A stretch of 41,923 nucleotides of DNA from a virus (lineage: Duplodnaviria; Heunggongvirae; Uroviricota; Caudoviricetes): IMG/VR virus record IMGVR_UViG_2630968543_000002. One strand, given 5' to 3'. Of this stretch, positions 34,208 to 41,923 are shown piece by piece. Made by a program: the position numbers and the translations under genes. The notes beneath the pieces are model-generated. The model was not told where the DNA came from, did not search any database, and worked only from the letters and a program-made list of their open reading frames with translations. Every line of letters begins with the position of its first letter. Position 1 is the stretch's first letter.

Positions 34208-34936
34208 ATGGAAGTTTTCTGGATAGTTGTTGGTGTGGTTGCGGTGATTATTTACGTTATCAACCAGAACAAGACTAAGATCTCTGATCGTACGGTCGTT
34301 AATCAGAACAAAACGATAAAGACCGAAGATGGGGAGATAACGATTAATCGTACACAGGTGATAGAGCACACATCTACTCAGTTTCAAAAAACTGGAGGTA
34401 ACGCTCCTGATATTTCCGTACCTCCTGCTTATGATAGTGCGGTAATCCAGACATATTATAAACAGCAGGAGTTAGCAAAAGAGAGGCAACTGATTCAGCC
34501 AAAGCCGTTTACAGCTGAGCTTCCACCTGGAGTGTCAACGCGTCCGGCATATCATGGAAGATTCCCTGGTGATGACATATCGTCTCAGTCATTTAAAAAA
34601 GCACCTCAGGCAGTATCAGAGCCAGCAAGAATATCTTCTGTATCGCCGCCAAAAGAAGAATCAGCTAACAGAGTTTCAAGCGGTAGCAAGCAGTGCTTGC
34701 GATGCAGAATAAACCTTCCATATGAAAAATTCAGGAAATCGTCAAAAAATCCGGATGGATTGACTAAGTGGTGTGCAAGGTGTCTCGATGGCCCAAAGAA
34801 TACACGTCATATGAAGTGGTGCCCAATTTGTAATGTCCGCAGAAAACGAACCAGCTTTTACCCTAATAATCAAAATGCGGACGGCTTAATGGCATGGTGC
34901 AAAACGTGCTGGGACGAGCACAAAGCGAAACGATAG
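34208..34936 (+). CDS. Membrane-anchored protein with two C-terminal zinc-ribbon-like repeats (unknown function)
   Basis: N-terminal hydrophobic helix (EVFWIVVGVVAVIIYVI); two repeats of C-x2-C-x16-17-DGL-x3-WC-x2-C; GAGG Shine-Dalgarno. Confidence 0.65.
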   Translation: MEVFWIVVGVVAVIIYVINQNKTKISDRTVVNQNKTIKTEDGEITINRTQVIEHTSTQFQKTGGNAPDISVPPAYDSAVIQTYYKQQELAKERQLIQPKPFTAELPPGVSTRPAYHGRFPGDDISSQSFKKAPQAVSEPARISSVSPPKEESANRVSSGSKQCLRCRINLPYEKFRKSSKNPDGLTKWCARCLDGPKNTRHMKWCPICNVRRKRTSFYPNNQNADGLMAWCKTCWDEHKAKR

Positions 34937-34952
34937 GCCGCTCTTGCGGCCT
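34937..34952. terminator. Hairpin between convergent genes (possible bidirectional terminator)
   Basis: GGCCGC-TCTT-GCGGCC followed by TTTAAATTT. Confidence 0.45.
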
Positions 34953-34958
34953 TTAAAT

Positions 34959-35216
34959 TTACCTGGTTTGTTTTCGTAATTGTTCGGCACAATAGTCGAG
35001 ATGTGTTTGCAGATCCTGCATAGACATCTGTGAGCTGGTGACGTAGTTAATCAGTGCAGTCAGTTCGGCAAGTGGGCCATCGACATTAAATCCATCCTTA
35101 TTGAGATCCCGGAGTAATTTCATCAAGTGCGATCCCTCCACCAGTGACCTGACGCCTCCCGGCGTGTGAATCCTTTCGGTAAATCCGTCTTCCAGTGGAT
35201 AGTGATACTGCTGCAT
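34959..35216 (-). CDS. Hypothetical protein (85 aa), paralogue of the C-terminal domain of the Bro-N protein
   Basis: ATG at 35216 with GGAG upstream; TERIHTPGGVRSLVEGSHLMKLLRDLNKDGFNVDGPLAELT aligns with RSLIHSPSGVLGLTENSLLMNLLNQLQEDGHDVSGAAAELT. Confidence 0.55.
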   Translation of the reverse strand: MQQYHYPLEDGFTERIHTPGGVRSLVEGSHLMKLLRDLNKDGFNVDGPLAELTALINYVTSSQMSMQDLQTHLDYCAEQLRKQTR

Positions 35217-35292
35217 CTTATCTTCTCCATGCAATAACTGTATATTTATACAGTAGCAAATAATTTGTTTGCTATCCAGCACGTTTTGCAAA

Positions 35293-35307
35293 TTACCTGA
35301 AAGGTAA
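35293..35307. promoter_or_regulatory. Perfect operator palindrome ATTACC-TGAAA-GGTAAT between divergent gene 34959..35216 and the tailspike; TATGTGGTT motif and a GGTAAT half-site follow at 35339..35358
   Basis: Direct reading. Confidence 0.55.
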
Positions 35308-35411
35308 TATCTATTAGTATTCACAGTATTTCTATCCATATGTGGTTTTTCAGGTAATAGAATAACCAGATATGCGGCGCAACGGGTGCTGCGACTATCT
35401 GGAGATTTAAC

Positions 35412-38400
35412 ATGACGGTCTCAACCGAAGTTGACCACAACGAATACACAGGTAACGGCGTTACGACATCGTTTCCGTATACTTTTCGAATTTTCAGAAA
35501 ATCCGACCTGGTTGTTCAGGTGTCTGACCTGAACGGGAACGTAACAGAATTGGTTCTGGATACCGGTTATACGGTAACTGGGGCGGGCACTTATAGTGGC
35601 GGTTCTGTGGTTCTTCCGTCGCCGCTTGCTACTGGATGGAGAATTACGATAGATCGTGTGCTTGATGTAGTGCAGGAGACAGACCTTCGCAATCAGGGAA
35701 AGTTTTTCCCCGAAGTGCATGAAGATGCCTTTGACTACCTGACGATGCTGATCCAGCAATGTTTTGGATGGTTCAGACGTGCATTGATGAAACCATCTTT
35801 GCTTGCAAAATATTACGATGCAAAGCAAAACAGAATTTCTAACCTTGCAGATCCATCACTTGAACAGGACGCTGTAAATAATCGCTCAATGCGTAATTAT
35901 GTCGATGCTGCAATCGCCGGGGTTGTTGGTGGTTTTGGTTGGTTTATTCAGTATGGTTCTGGGGCAGTATACCGAACGTTCCAGGATAAAATGCGTGATG
36001 CTATTAGCCCCAAAGATTTTGGAGCTGTTGGTGATGGTATAAATGACGATTCTACTGCAATAAGCGCGTGCCTTGAAGCCTCATCTCCAGGTTATAAAAT
36101 TGACGGATTAGGGCTTACTTTTAAAGTATCAACTCTTCCGGATGTCAGCCGATTTAAAAATGCTCGTTTTTTATTTGAGAGAATACCGGGTCAGCCTCTT
36201 TTTTATGCTTCTGAAGATTTTATCCAGGGAGAGTTATTTAAAATTACAGATACACCGTGGTACAACGCCTGGACGCAGGATAAAACGTTTGTATATGACA
36301 ATGTCATCTATGCGCCTTTTATGGCTGGAGACCGCCATGGTGTAAATAACCTCCATGTTGCATGGGTTCGCTCAGGAGATGACGGGAAGACCTGGACAAC
36401 GCCGGAATGGCTTACAGATTTACATGAAAACTATCCCACAGTTAACTATCACTGCATGAGTATGGGGGTTGTCAGAAATCGCCTTTTTGCTGTAATTGAG
36501 ACGCGGACCGTGAGCGGAAATAAACTGCAGGTTGCAGAGTTGTGGGATCGTCCAATGAGTCGCAGCCTTCGCGTTTATGGTGGTATAACGAAAGCAGCAA
36601 ATCAGCAAGTCGCTTATATTCGCATTACTGATCACGGATTATTTGCTGGTGATTTTGTCAACTTCTCAAACTCTGGTGTTACAGGTGTTACCGGGAATAT
36701 GACGGTGACTACTGTTATTGATAAAAATACTTTTACAGTTACGACGCAAAATACTCAGGTTGTGGATCAGAATAACGAGGGTAGATACTGGAGTTTTGGT
36801 ACATCATTTCACTCGTCACCATGGAGAAAAACCAGTCTTGGAACTATTCCTTCTTTTGTTGACGGAAGCACTCCTGTTACTGAGATTCACAGTTTTGCGA
36901 CGATTAGCGATAACAGTTTTGCTGTTGGCTACCATAATGGTGATATTGGTCCACGCGAGCTTGGGATACTCTATTTCTCTGATGCTTTCGGTTCTCCTGG
37001 TAGCTTTGTTCGCAGACGCATACCTGCAGAATATGAGGCGAATGCATCTGAGCCATGTGTAAAATATTATGATGGCATTCTGTATCTGACGACCAGGGGG
37101 ACATTAAGTACTCAACCCGGTAGTTCATTGCACAGAAGCTCTGATTTAGGTGCATCATGGAATTCTCTTCGCTTCCCAAATAATGTTCATCACTCAAACC
37201 TTCCTTTTGCCAAAGTTGGCGATGAGCTGATTATTTTTGGCAGTGAGCGCGCATTTGGTGAGTGGGAAGGAGGAGAACCTGATAACCGTTATGCAGGAAA
37301 TTATCCAAGAACATTTATGACCAGAGTTAACGTCAATGAGTGGAGTCTGGATAATGTAGAGTGGGTTAATGTTACTGATCAGATTTATCAGGGCGGAATA
37401 GTTAACTCTGCGGTTGGTGTTGGTTCAGTTTGTATCAAAGACAACTGGCTGTACTACATTTTCGGTGGGGAAGACTTTCTAAACCCATGGAGCATAGGGG
37501 ATAACAACAGAAAATATCCTTATGTTCACGATGGTCACCCGGCTGATTTGTATTGTTTCAGGGTGAAAATTAAACAGGAAGAATTTGTTTCAAGGGATTT
37601 TGTCTACGGAGCCACTCCTAACAGAACGCTTCCTACTTTTATGTCGACGTCCGGCGTGAGGACGGTTCCTGTACCCGTTGATTTCACAGATGATGTTGCC
37701 GTCCAGTCACTGACTGTCCATGCAGGTACATCAGGACAAGTTCGCGCGGAAGTCAAACTGGAGGGCAATTACGCCATTATTGCGAAGAAAGTACCGTCTG
37801 ATGATGTTACCGCTCAGAGATTAATCGTTAGCGGCGGTGAAACAACGTCTTCAGCAGATGGTGCAATGATAACGTTGCATGGTTCCGGAAGCAGTACTCC
37901 ACGTCGCGCGGTATATAACGCACTCGAACATCTTTTTGAGAACGGAGATGTTAAACCTTATCTTGATAATGTAAATGCTCTTGGTGGTCCGGGAAACAGG
38001 TTCTCGACAGTTTATCTTGGCTCCAATCCTGTGGTTACCAGTGACGGAACATTAAAGACAGAGCCGGTCTCTCCTGACGAAGCATTGCTGGATGCCTGGG
38101 GTGACGTCAGGTATATCGCTTATAAATGGCTGAACGCTGTCGCTATAAAGGGAGAAGAAGGGGCGAGGATACATCATGGTGTAATCGCGCAGCAACTTCG
38201 TGATGTTCTTATTTCTCACGGACTCATGGAAGAAGAAAGCACAACATGCCGCTATGCCTTTCTTTGCTATGACGATTATCCCGCAGTATATGATGACGTC
38301 ATTACTGGCCAAAGGGAAATTCCGCTGACTGATAATGACGGGAGCATCATTGTTGATGAGGATGATAATCCAGTGATGGTAATGGAAGACATCATTGAGC

Positions 38401-38531
38401 GCGTTGAAATAACGCCAGCAGGATCTAGATGGGGGGTCAGACCTGATCTCTTATTCTATATCGAGGCAGCATGGCAGCGCAGAGAAATGGATAAGATAAA
38501 AGAGCGGATTCAGTCTCTGGAAGAACGTTAA
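35412..38531 (+). CDS. Tailspike / receptor-binding protein with predicted beta-helix and C-terminal chaperone-like domain
   Basis: 1039-aa ORF; conserved N-terminal particle-binding region (TGNGVTTSFPYTFRIF), pectate-lyase-like start (ISPKDFGAVGDGINDDSTAI); GGAG Shine-Dalgarno. Confidence 0.8.
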   Translation: MTVSTEVDHNEYTGNGVTTSFPYTFRIFRKSDLVVQVSDLNGNVTELVLDTGYTVTGAGTYSGGSVVLPSPLATGWRITIDRVLDVVQETDLRNQGKFFPEVHEDAFDYLTMLIQQCFGWFRRALMKPSLLAKYYDAKQNRISNLADPSLEQDAVNNRSMRNYVDAAIAGVVGGFGWFIQYGSGAVYRTFQDKMRDAISPKDFGAVGDGINDDSTAISACLEASSPGYKIDGLGLTFKVSTLPDVSRFKNARFLFERIPGQPLFYASEDFIQGELFKITDTPWYNAWTQDKTFVYDNVIYAPFMAGDRHGVNNLHVAWVRSGDDGKTWTTPEWLTDLHENYPTVNYHCMSMGVVRNRLFAVIETRTVSGNKLQVAELWDRPMSRSLRVYGGITKAANQQVAYIRITDHGLFAGDFVNFSNSGVTGVTGNMTVTTVIDKNTFTVTTQNTQVVDQNNEGRYWSFGTSFHSSPWRKTSLGTIPSFVDGSTPVTEIHSFATISDNSFAVGYHNGDIGPRELGILYFSDAFGSPGSFVRRRIPAEYEANASEPCVKYYDGILYLTTRGTLSTQPGSSLHRSSDLGASWNSLRFPNNVHHSNLPFAKVGDELIIFGSERAFGEWEGGEPDNRYAGNYPRTFMTRVNVNEWSLDNVEWVNVTDQIYQGGIVNSAVGVGSVCIKDNWLYYIFGGEDFLNPWSIGDNNRKYPYVHDGHPADLYCFRVKIKQEEFVSRDFVYGATPNRTLPTFMSTSGVRTVPVPVDFTDDVAVQSLTVHAGTSGQVRAEVKLEGNYAIIAKKVPSDDVTAQRLIVSGGETTSSADGAMITLHGSGSSTPRRAVYNALEHLFENGDVKPYLDNVNALGGPGNRFSTVYLGSNPVVTSDGTLKTEPVSPDEALLDAWGDVRYIAYKWLNAVAIKGEEGARIHHGVIAQQLRDVLISHGLMEEESTTCRYAFLCYDDYPAVYDDVITGQREIPLTDNDGSIIVDEDDNPVMVMEDIIERVEITPAGSRWGVRPDLLFYIEAAWQRREMDKIKERIQSLEER

Positions 38532-38537
38532 AAAAAA

Positions 38538-38557
38538 GCCCGCAATATTTTGCGGGT
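38538..38557. terminator. Strong hairpin immediately after the tailspike (orientation ambiguous)
   Basis: GCCCGCAA-TATT-TTGCGGGT; 8-A run upstream and ATCAAAAA downstream, no T-run on the plus strand. Confidence 0.4.
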
Positions 38558-38837
38558 ATCAAAAACGGAGTTGGTGAAAAGTTATCTTTGAATTCTATCA
38601 TGAATCAGTACGTATTTTAAATACATGTTCAGGTTTATTACACCATAGCATTATTAAATACAAAATTAAGTCTATGGTTCCTGTACAACTGCCCCCACTC
38701 TGCTGGCTCGTTCTGTAAAATCATTAGTACTTTTATTGAGATATATGATATGGAACAATAATGATTCATATATGGTTTACTATGCGGGTTTAGTCATCAA
38801 TAATTGACTGGCTTATAGATAGTAAACAGGAGAAAGT

Positions 38838-39242
38838 ATGTCTGCTCAAGTAACAAGTGAGCAATTAAATCAGTTGCTTAGTTTTGGTTCTCTTGCTGCG
38901 GTTATTGCAGGTGTCCCTCCGGAGGTTGCTTTAGGGGCTTTGGCTGGGGCGGTGATTTTTGTTACCTCTGCAGTAGAGTACCCCATCCGTCGCCGGGTGC
39001 TCCTGTCGATGCTCAGCTTTCTTTGCGGCCTTCTCTTTTACAAACCAGCAGCATCAATTCTTATCGGCATAGCTAGCCTGATCCCTACCATCACGCAGGA
39101 CTCTTTTGAAAAAGGGATTGTTTTCTCTGCAGGCGCATTCGTGTCAGCAATTGTCGCTGTGCGTATTGGTATATGGCTCTATCACCGTTCCGATAATCCA
39201 CGCGAGTTAATTCCGGGGAGAAAAGACGATGGTAACGCATGA
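38838..39242 (+). CDS. Holin (multi-pass membrane protein)
   Basis: 134-aa ORF with several hydrophobic segments and charged C-terminus; AGGAGAAAG Shine-Dalgarno; first gene of the lysis cassette. Confidence 0.65.
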   Translation: MSAQVTSEQLNQLLSFGSLAAVIAGVPPEVALGALAGAVIFVTSAVEYPIRRRVLLSMLSFLCGLLFYKPAASILIGIASLIPTITQDSFEKGIVFSAGAFVSAIVAVRIGIWLYHRSDNPRELIPGRKDDGNA

Positions 39243-39537
39243 GTTTTTTTTGCTTATCACCAATGCAGTTATTTGCACTGGCATAGCAATTCGCGTTGTC
39301 ACATTCCGGCGTAACGGCTCTCAACACCGAAGGTGGGGAGGATGGCTTGCTTATTTCCTGATTGTTGCTGCGGCCAGTATTCCTGTTCGAGTCGCCTATG
39401 CAATCTGGTTACGTACGCCAATGGCTGTGGATTTATCTGAGGTCATTATTAACGCTGTCATGCTTGCTGCGGTTCTTAAAACTCGCGGTAACGTCGTTCA
39501 AATTTTCAAAACAACGAGGTCTAAACATGGAGATTAA
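39229..39537 (+). CDS. Second small membrane protein of the lysis cassette (holin-like or antiholin)
   Basis: 102-aa ORF with three hydrophobic segments; overlaps the holin 3-prime end by 14 nt. Confidence 0.5.
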   Translation: MVTHEFFLLITNAVICTGIAIRVVTFRRNGSQHRRWGGWLAYFLIVAAASIPVRVAYAIWLRTPMAVDLSEVIINAVMLAAVLKTRGNVVQIFKTTRSKHGD

Positions 39538-40156
39538 ACAATTCCAGCGTGCTGCTGGTATTAGCGAGGCGCTGGCCGAACGCTGGTTCTTGCATATAAC
39601 TTCTGCGATGAAAGAGTTTGGAATCAGCAAACCCGAAGATCAGGCAATGTTTATTGCTCAGGTCGGGCATGAGTCTGGGGGCTTCACCCGGTTGCAGGAA
39701 AATTTCAACTACAGTGTCACCGGACTGGCTAACTTCGTTCGGACTGGGCGTCTCACCCAGGGGCAGGCTAATGCACTGGGTCGCCGTGCTGGTGAAGCAG
39801 CATTACCACTTGAGCGACAGCGCGCTATCGCCAATCTGGTGTACAGCAAACGCATGGGGAACAATGCCCCTGGTGATGGCTGGAACTACCGTGGGCGCGG
39901 ACTTATCCAGATTACCGGCTTGAATAACTATCGTGACTGCGGAAACGGTCTGAAAGTTGACCTGCTGGAGAATCCTGAACTGCTGGCACAGGACGAATAC
40001 GCGGCCCGTAGCGCGGCCTGGTTCTTCTCCAGCAAAGGCTGCATGAAGTATACCGGCGATATTGCACGTGTAACTCTGATTATCAATGGTGGCCGGAACG
40101 GCATTGATGACCGTCGCGCCCGATACATCATTGCCAGTAAGGTGCTGGCTGTATGA
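39527..40156 (+). CDS. Endolysin, glycoside hydrolase family 19 (chitinase-like lysozyme)
   Basis: ATG at 39527 (ORF opens at 39362); GH19-like motifs [10 protein letters not shown] and [19 protein letters not shown]. Confidence 0.85.
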   Translation: MEIKQFQRAAGISEALAERWFLHITSAMKEFGISKPEDQAMFIAQVGHESGGFTRLQENFNYSVTGLANFVRTGRLTQGQANALGRRAGEAALPLERQRAIANLVYSKRMGNNAPGDGWNYRGRGLIQITGLNNYRDCGNGLKVDLLENPELLAQDEYAARSAAWFFSSKGCMKYTGDIARVTLIINGGRNGIDDRRARYIIASKVLAV

Positions 40157-40635
40157 TCTGGGCATTCGTAAAAGCATACTGGAAACAGTTGATTATCGTG
40201 GCGATGCTTGCTGTTCTTGCCACATCAGGAGTTGTTGCCTGGAATGTGCACGGCAGTCGTCAGTACGACGCCGGGTATGCTCAGGCGAAAGAAGACCGCA
40301 AAACTGAAGATGAGAGAGTTCGTCAGCACTACGAACAGGAGAAAGCGATCAATGAACGTGAATCGCAGCAGAGGATCGACCAGGCGCGCAATGATGCTCT
40401 TGATGCTGCCGCTCGCGCTGGCCGGTTGCAGCAACAGCTCGTTGCCATCCGTGAGCAGCTCAGGCACTATAACGCCATTGTCGGCGCTGGGTCGTCAGCC
40501 GCAGACACCGGAGTTTTGCTTGCCGACGTGCTCAGCAAATCTCTCGAGAGAAACAGACAACTGGCAGAGTATGCTGACCGGGCAGCCGAAGCCGGAAGAG
40601 TCTGCGAAAAACAGTACGACACCCTGACCAGATAG
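40153..40635 (+). CDS. Rz: Rz-like inner-membrane spanin
   Basis: ATGA overlap with the endolysin stop; N-terminal transmembrane helix followed by coiled-coil. Confidence 0.7.
   Translation: MIWAFVKAYWKQLIIVAMLAVLATSGVVAWNVHGSRQYDAGYAQAKEDRKTEDERVRQHYEQEKAINERESQQRIDQARNDALDAAARAGRLQQQLVAIREQLRHYNAIVGAGSSAADTGVLLADVLSKSLERNRQLAEYADRAAEAGRVCEKQYDTLTR
40352..40627 (+). CDS. Rz1: Rz1-like outer-membrane lipoprotein spanin embedded in the +1 frame of Rz
   Basis: Lipoprotein signal with lipobox ([26 protein letters not shown]); Pro-rich mature part; alternative start at 40391. Confidence 0.6.
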   Translation: MNVNRSRGSTRRAMMLLMLPLALAGCSNSSLPSVSSSGTITPLSALGRQPQTPEFCLPTCSANLSRETDNWQSMLTGQPKPEESAKNSTTP

Positions 40636-40788
40636 CATGGCATTTTTCATGGTACTGATTTCCGGTGACGGTATATAAAACGGTATGGGAAAAATTCATC
40701 TTTGGAAAAATGTTATCACTCAATTGGTTATGGTGTCCGTGAATAATTGAGTGGGAATGATTTGACCCTGCACTATGAATGAACAAAA

Positions 40789-40815
40789 CCCTCTGTTACT
40801 ACAGAGGGTTTTTTA
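40789..40815 (+). terminator. Rho-independent terminator near the right prophage boundary
   Basis: CCCTCTG-TTACTA-CAGAGGG hairpin followed by TTTTTTA. Confidence 0.6.
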
Positions 40816-40852
40816 TCTTCAAGAATTATAGGATTGAAGTTACTAACATCGA

Positions 40853-41392
40853 TTAATTAAACCAGCTGTCCGATTTGTTCTCTTCTGCTTTGCCCACGCT
40901 TTTCATCAGATCGCGACCGCCTTCAGTCATATTTCTGTTGGCGTCAGCTTCAGATTGCACCACATCGGTTTGCGCAGCTTTGTGCTTCAGTTCCTGATCG
41001 ATAAATTCGTTTTCTCGCTTAACGCGGGCTTCTTCTTTCGCCAGCGCCAGTTTTTGTTTCTGAATCTCTAAGCTGCGTAGCTCATCTTCATAACTTTGAT
41101 CGCGTTTTTTGTCCGCATAGGCTTCGGCGTCCAGTTTATCCTGACGAGCTTTCTTATTTGCCGCTGCCGTTGCCGCTCTTTTGTTAGCGGCGGCCTGGGC
41201 ATTTGCGCGACGTTGCTTCTCTTGCTGGATTTCCCTGTTGCGCTCCGCGACCCATTCGTCATGCTGCCTTTGCTCTTCATTTTTACCTTGCTGTTCCGCT
41301 TCTGCGACAGCAGAGAGTTGATCCTGCAATGATGAGGCGATAGCCGGATAGCTTAAGGAGGCTAAGATGGCGCAAAGAAAAACTTTCTTCAT
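40853..41392 (-). CDS. Secreted coiled-coil protein of unknown function (probable host flank)
   Basis: 179-aa ORF; N-terminal signal peptide (MKKVFLCAILASLSYPAIA); Lys/Ala/Gln/Glu-rich; AAGGAGG Shine-Dalgarno. Confidence 0.6.
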   Translation of the reverse strand: MKKVFLCAILASLSYPAIASSLQDQLSAVAEAEQQGKNEEQRQHDEWVAERNREIQQEKQRRANAQAAANKRAATAAANKKARQDKLDAEAYADKKRDQSYEDELRSLEIQKQKLALAKEEARVKRENEFIDQELKHKAAQTDVVQSEADANRNMTEGGRDLMKSVGKAEENKSDSWFN

Positions 41393-41407
41393 GACTCCTC
41401 CTGATTA

Positions 41408-41923
41408 TTAGCTCTTTTCAGGACATTTGGTATTTGGCTGAATACGCGTTTCGTTATACGTCGTGGTAATAACAACGGCTAAACCTGTCGTAAACTGGCA
41501 CTCTTTACCCACCTGGGTAGAGGTATACACTTTGGTGCCTTCCTTATAGGTTAAAGAAACACCTTCCACTAAGGTTTTATCATTCACCATAGAACCCGCT
41601 GCCGCGCCTACAGCTCCGCCGCCAACTGCACCTGCCGTCGTTCCGGAATTGCTGCCAGACCCGACGTTGTGGCCGATAACACCGCCAGCGACTGCGCCAA
41701 TAAGCGCGCCGAAGGCTTGTGCGTTCCGTTTATTTTGGGAGTTGTCTACGGCAACTTTTGCGGGAAGAATGGAAATAATATTAACGGTTTTAGTTTCTTG
41801 TTTGGTATTCAGTTGATCGGTTTGATAAACATCGGCAGCATGATCGTCAGCATTTGACTGGCATCCTGCCAGAGTGAATGACGCTAACATTGCCACAGGC
41901 AGAAGACATTTTTTAAATTTCAT
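41408..41923 (-). CDS. Glycine-zipper outer-membrane lipoprotein (SlyB/Pcp-like; probable host flank); start codon at the window edge
   Basis: Lipobox LAGC in MKFKKCLLPVAMLASFTLAGC; Gly/Ala-rich glycine-zipper segment. Confidence 0.65.
   Translation of the reverse strand: MKFKKCLLPVAMLASFTLAGCQSNADDHAADVYQTDQLNTKQETKTVNIISILPAKVAVDNSQNKRNAQAFGALIGAVAGGVIGHNVGSGSNSGTTAGAVGGGAVGAAAGSMVNDKTLVEGVSLTYKEGTKVYTSTQVGKECQFTTGLAVVITTTYNETRIQPNTKCPEKS

Noticed and set aside
1-41923. Large defence-system hallmarks (CRISPR array, cas genes, reverse transcriptase/retron, large ATPase-nuclease pairs, restriction endonuclease partner for the methyltransferase)
   Set aside because: None seen on either strand by eye; the unassigned large ORFs all fit virion structural roles.

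Overview
This window is essentially one near-complete temperate prophage (about 1..40.7 kb) followed by two probable host genes at the right edge; all calls are by eye from the sequence and ORF track, with no database search. Layout, left to right: P4-type integrase (+); a leftward early operon (small ORF, MT-A70 adenine methyltransferase, small ORF, AlpA-type excisionase, RecT, YqaJ-type exonuclease, two small ORFs); an immunity switch (tandem-HTH repressor on -, divergent Cro-like gene, clustered operators, terminators); replication genes (O-like initiator with internal iterons, lambda P-like helicase loader); a rightward block of tightly coupled small genes (PD-(D/E)XK nuclease-like, two paralogues sharing a C-terminal domain, a secreted protein, an ASCH protein, zinc-finger proteins); terminase small and large subunits; a minus-strand insert carrying tRNA-Arg(UCU) plus one unknown ORF; a T7-like virion module (portal, scaffold, major capsid, tail tubular A/B, internal core proteins); a 3.2-kb accessory island; a roughly 1040-aa tailspike; and a lysis cassette (holin, second membrane protein, GH19 endolysin, Rz with embedded Rz1). 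No Q-like antiterminator or lysis genes sit between replication and terminase, and many genes are coupled by ATGA/GTGA start-stop overlaps. The most striking sequence-level signal is a 15-17 bp palindrome ATTACC-N5-GGTAAT present in at least 11 perfect copies, all intergenic, in the immunity region and also in front of the late operon, the tailspike and the accessory genes. The best candidates for an undescribed system are the accessory island between the internal core proteins and the tailspike (an operator-controlled two-gene operon, a Bro-N antirepressor with a structured leader, a membrane-anchored tandem zinc-ribbon protein) and the tRNA-linked minus-strand ORF between terminase and portal. 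No CRISPR array, reverse transcriptase or transposase was seen.
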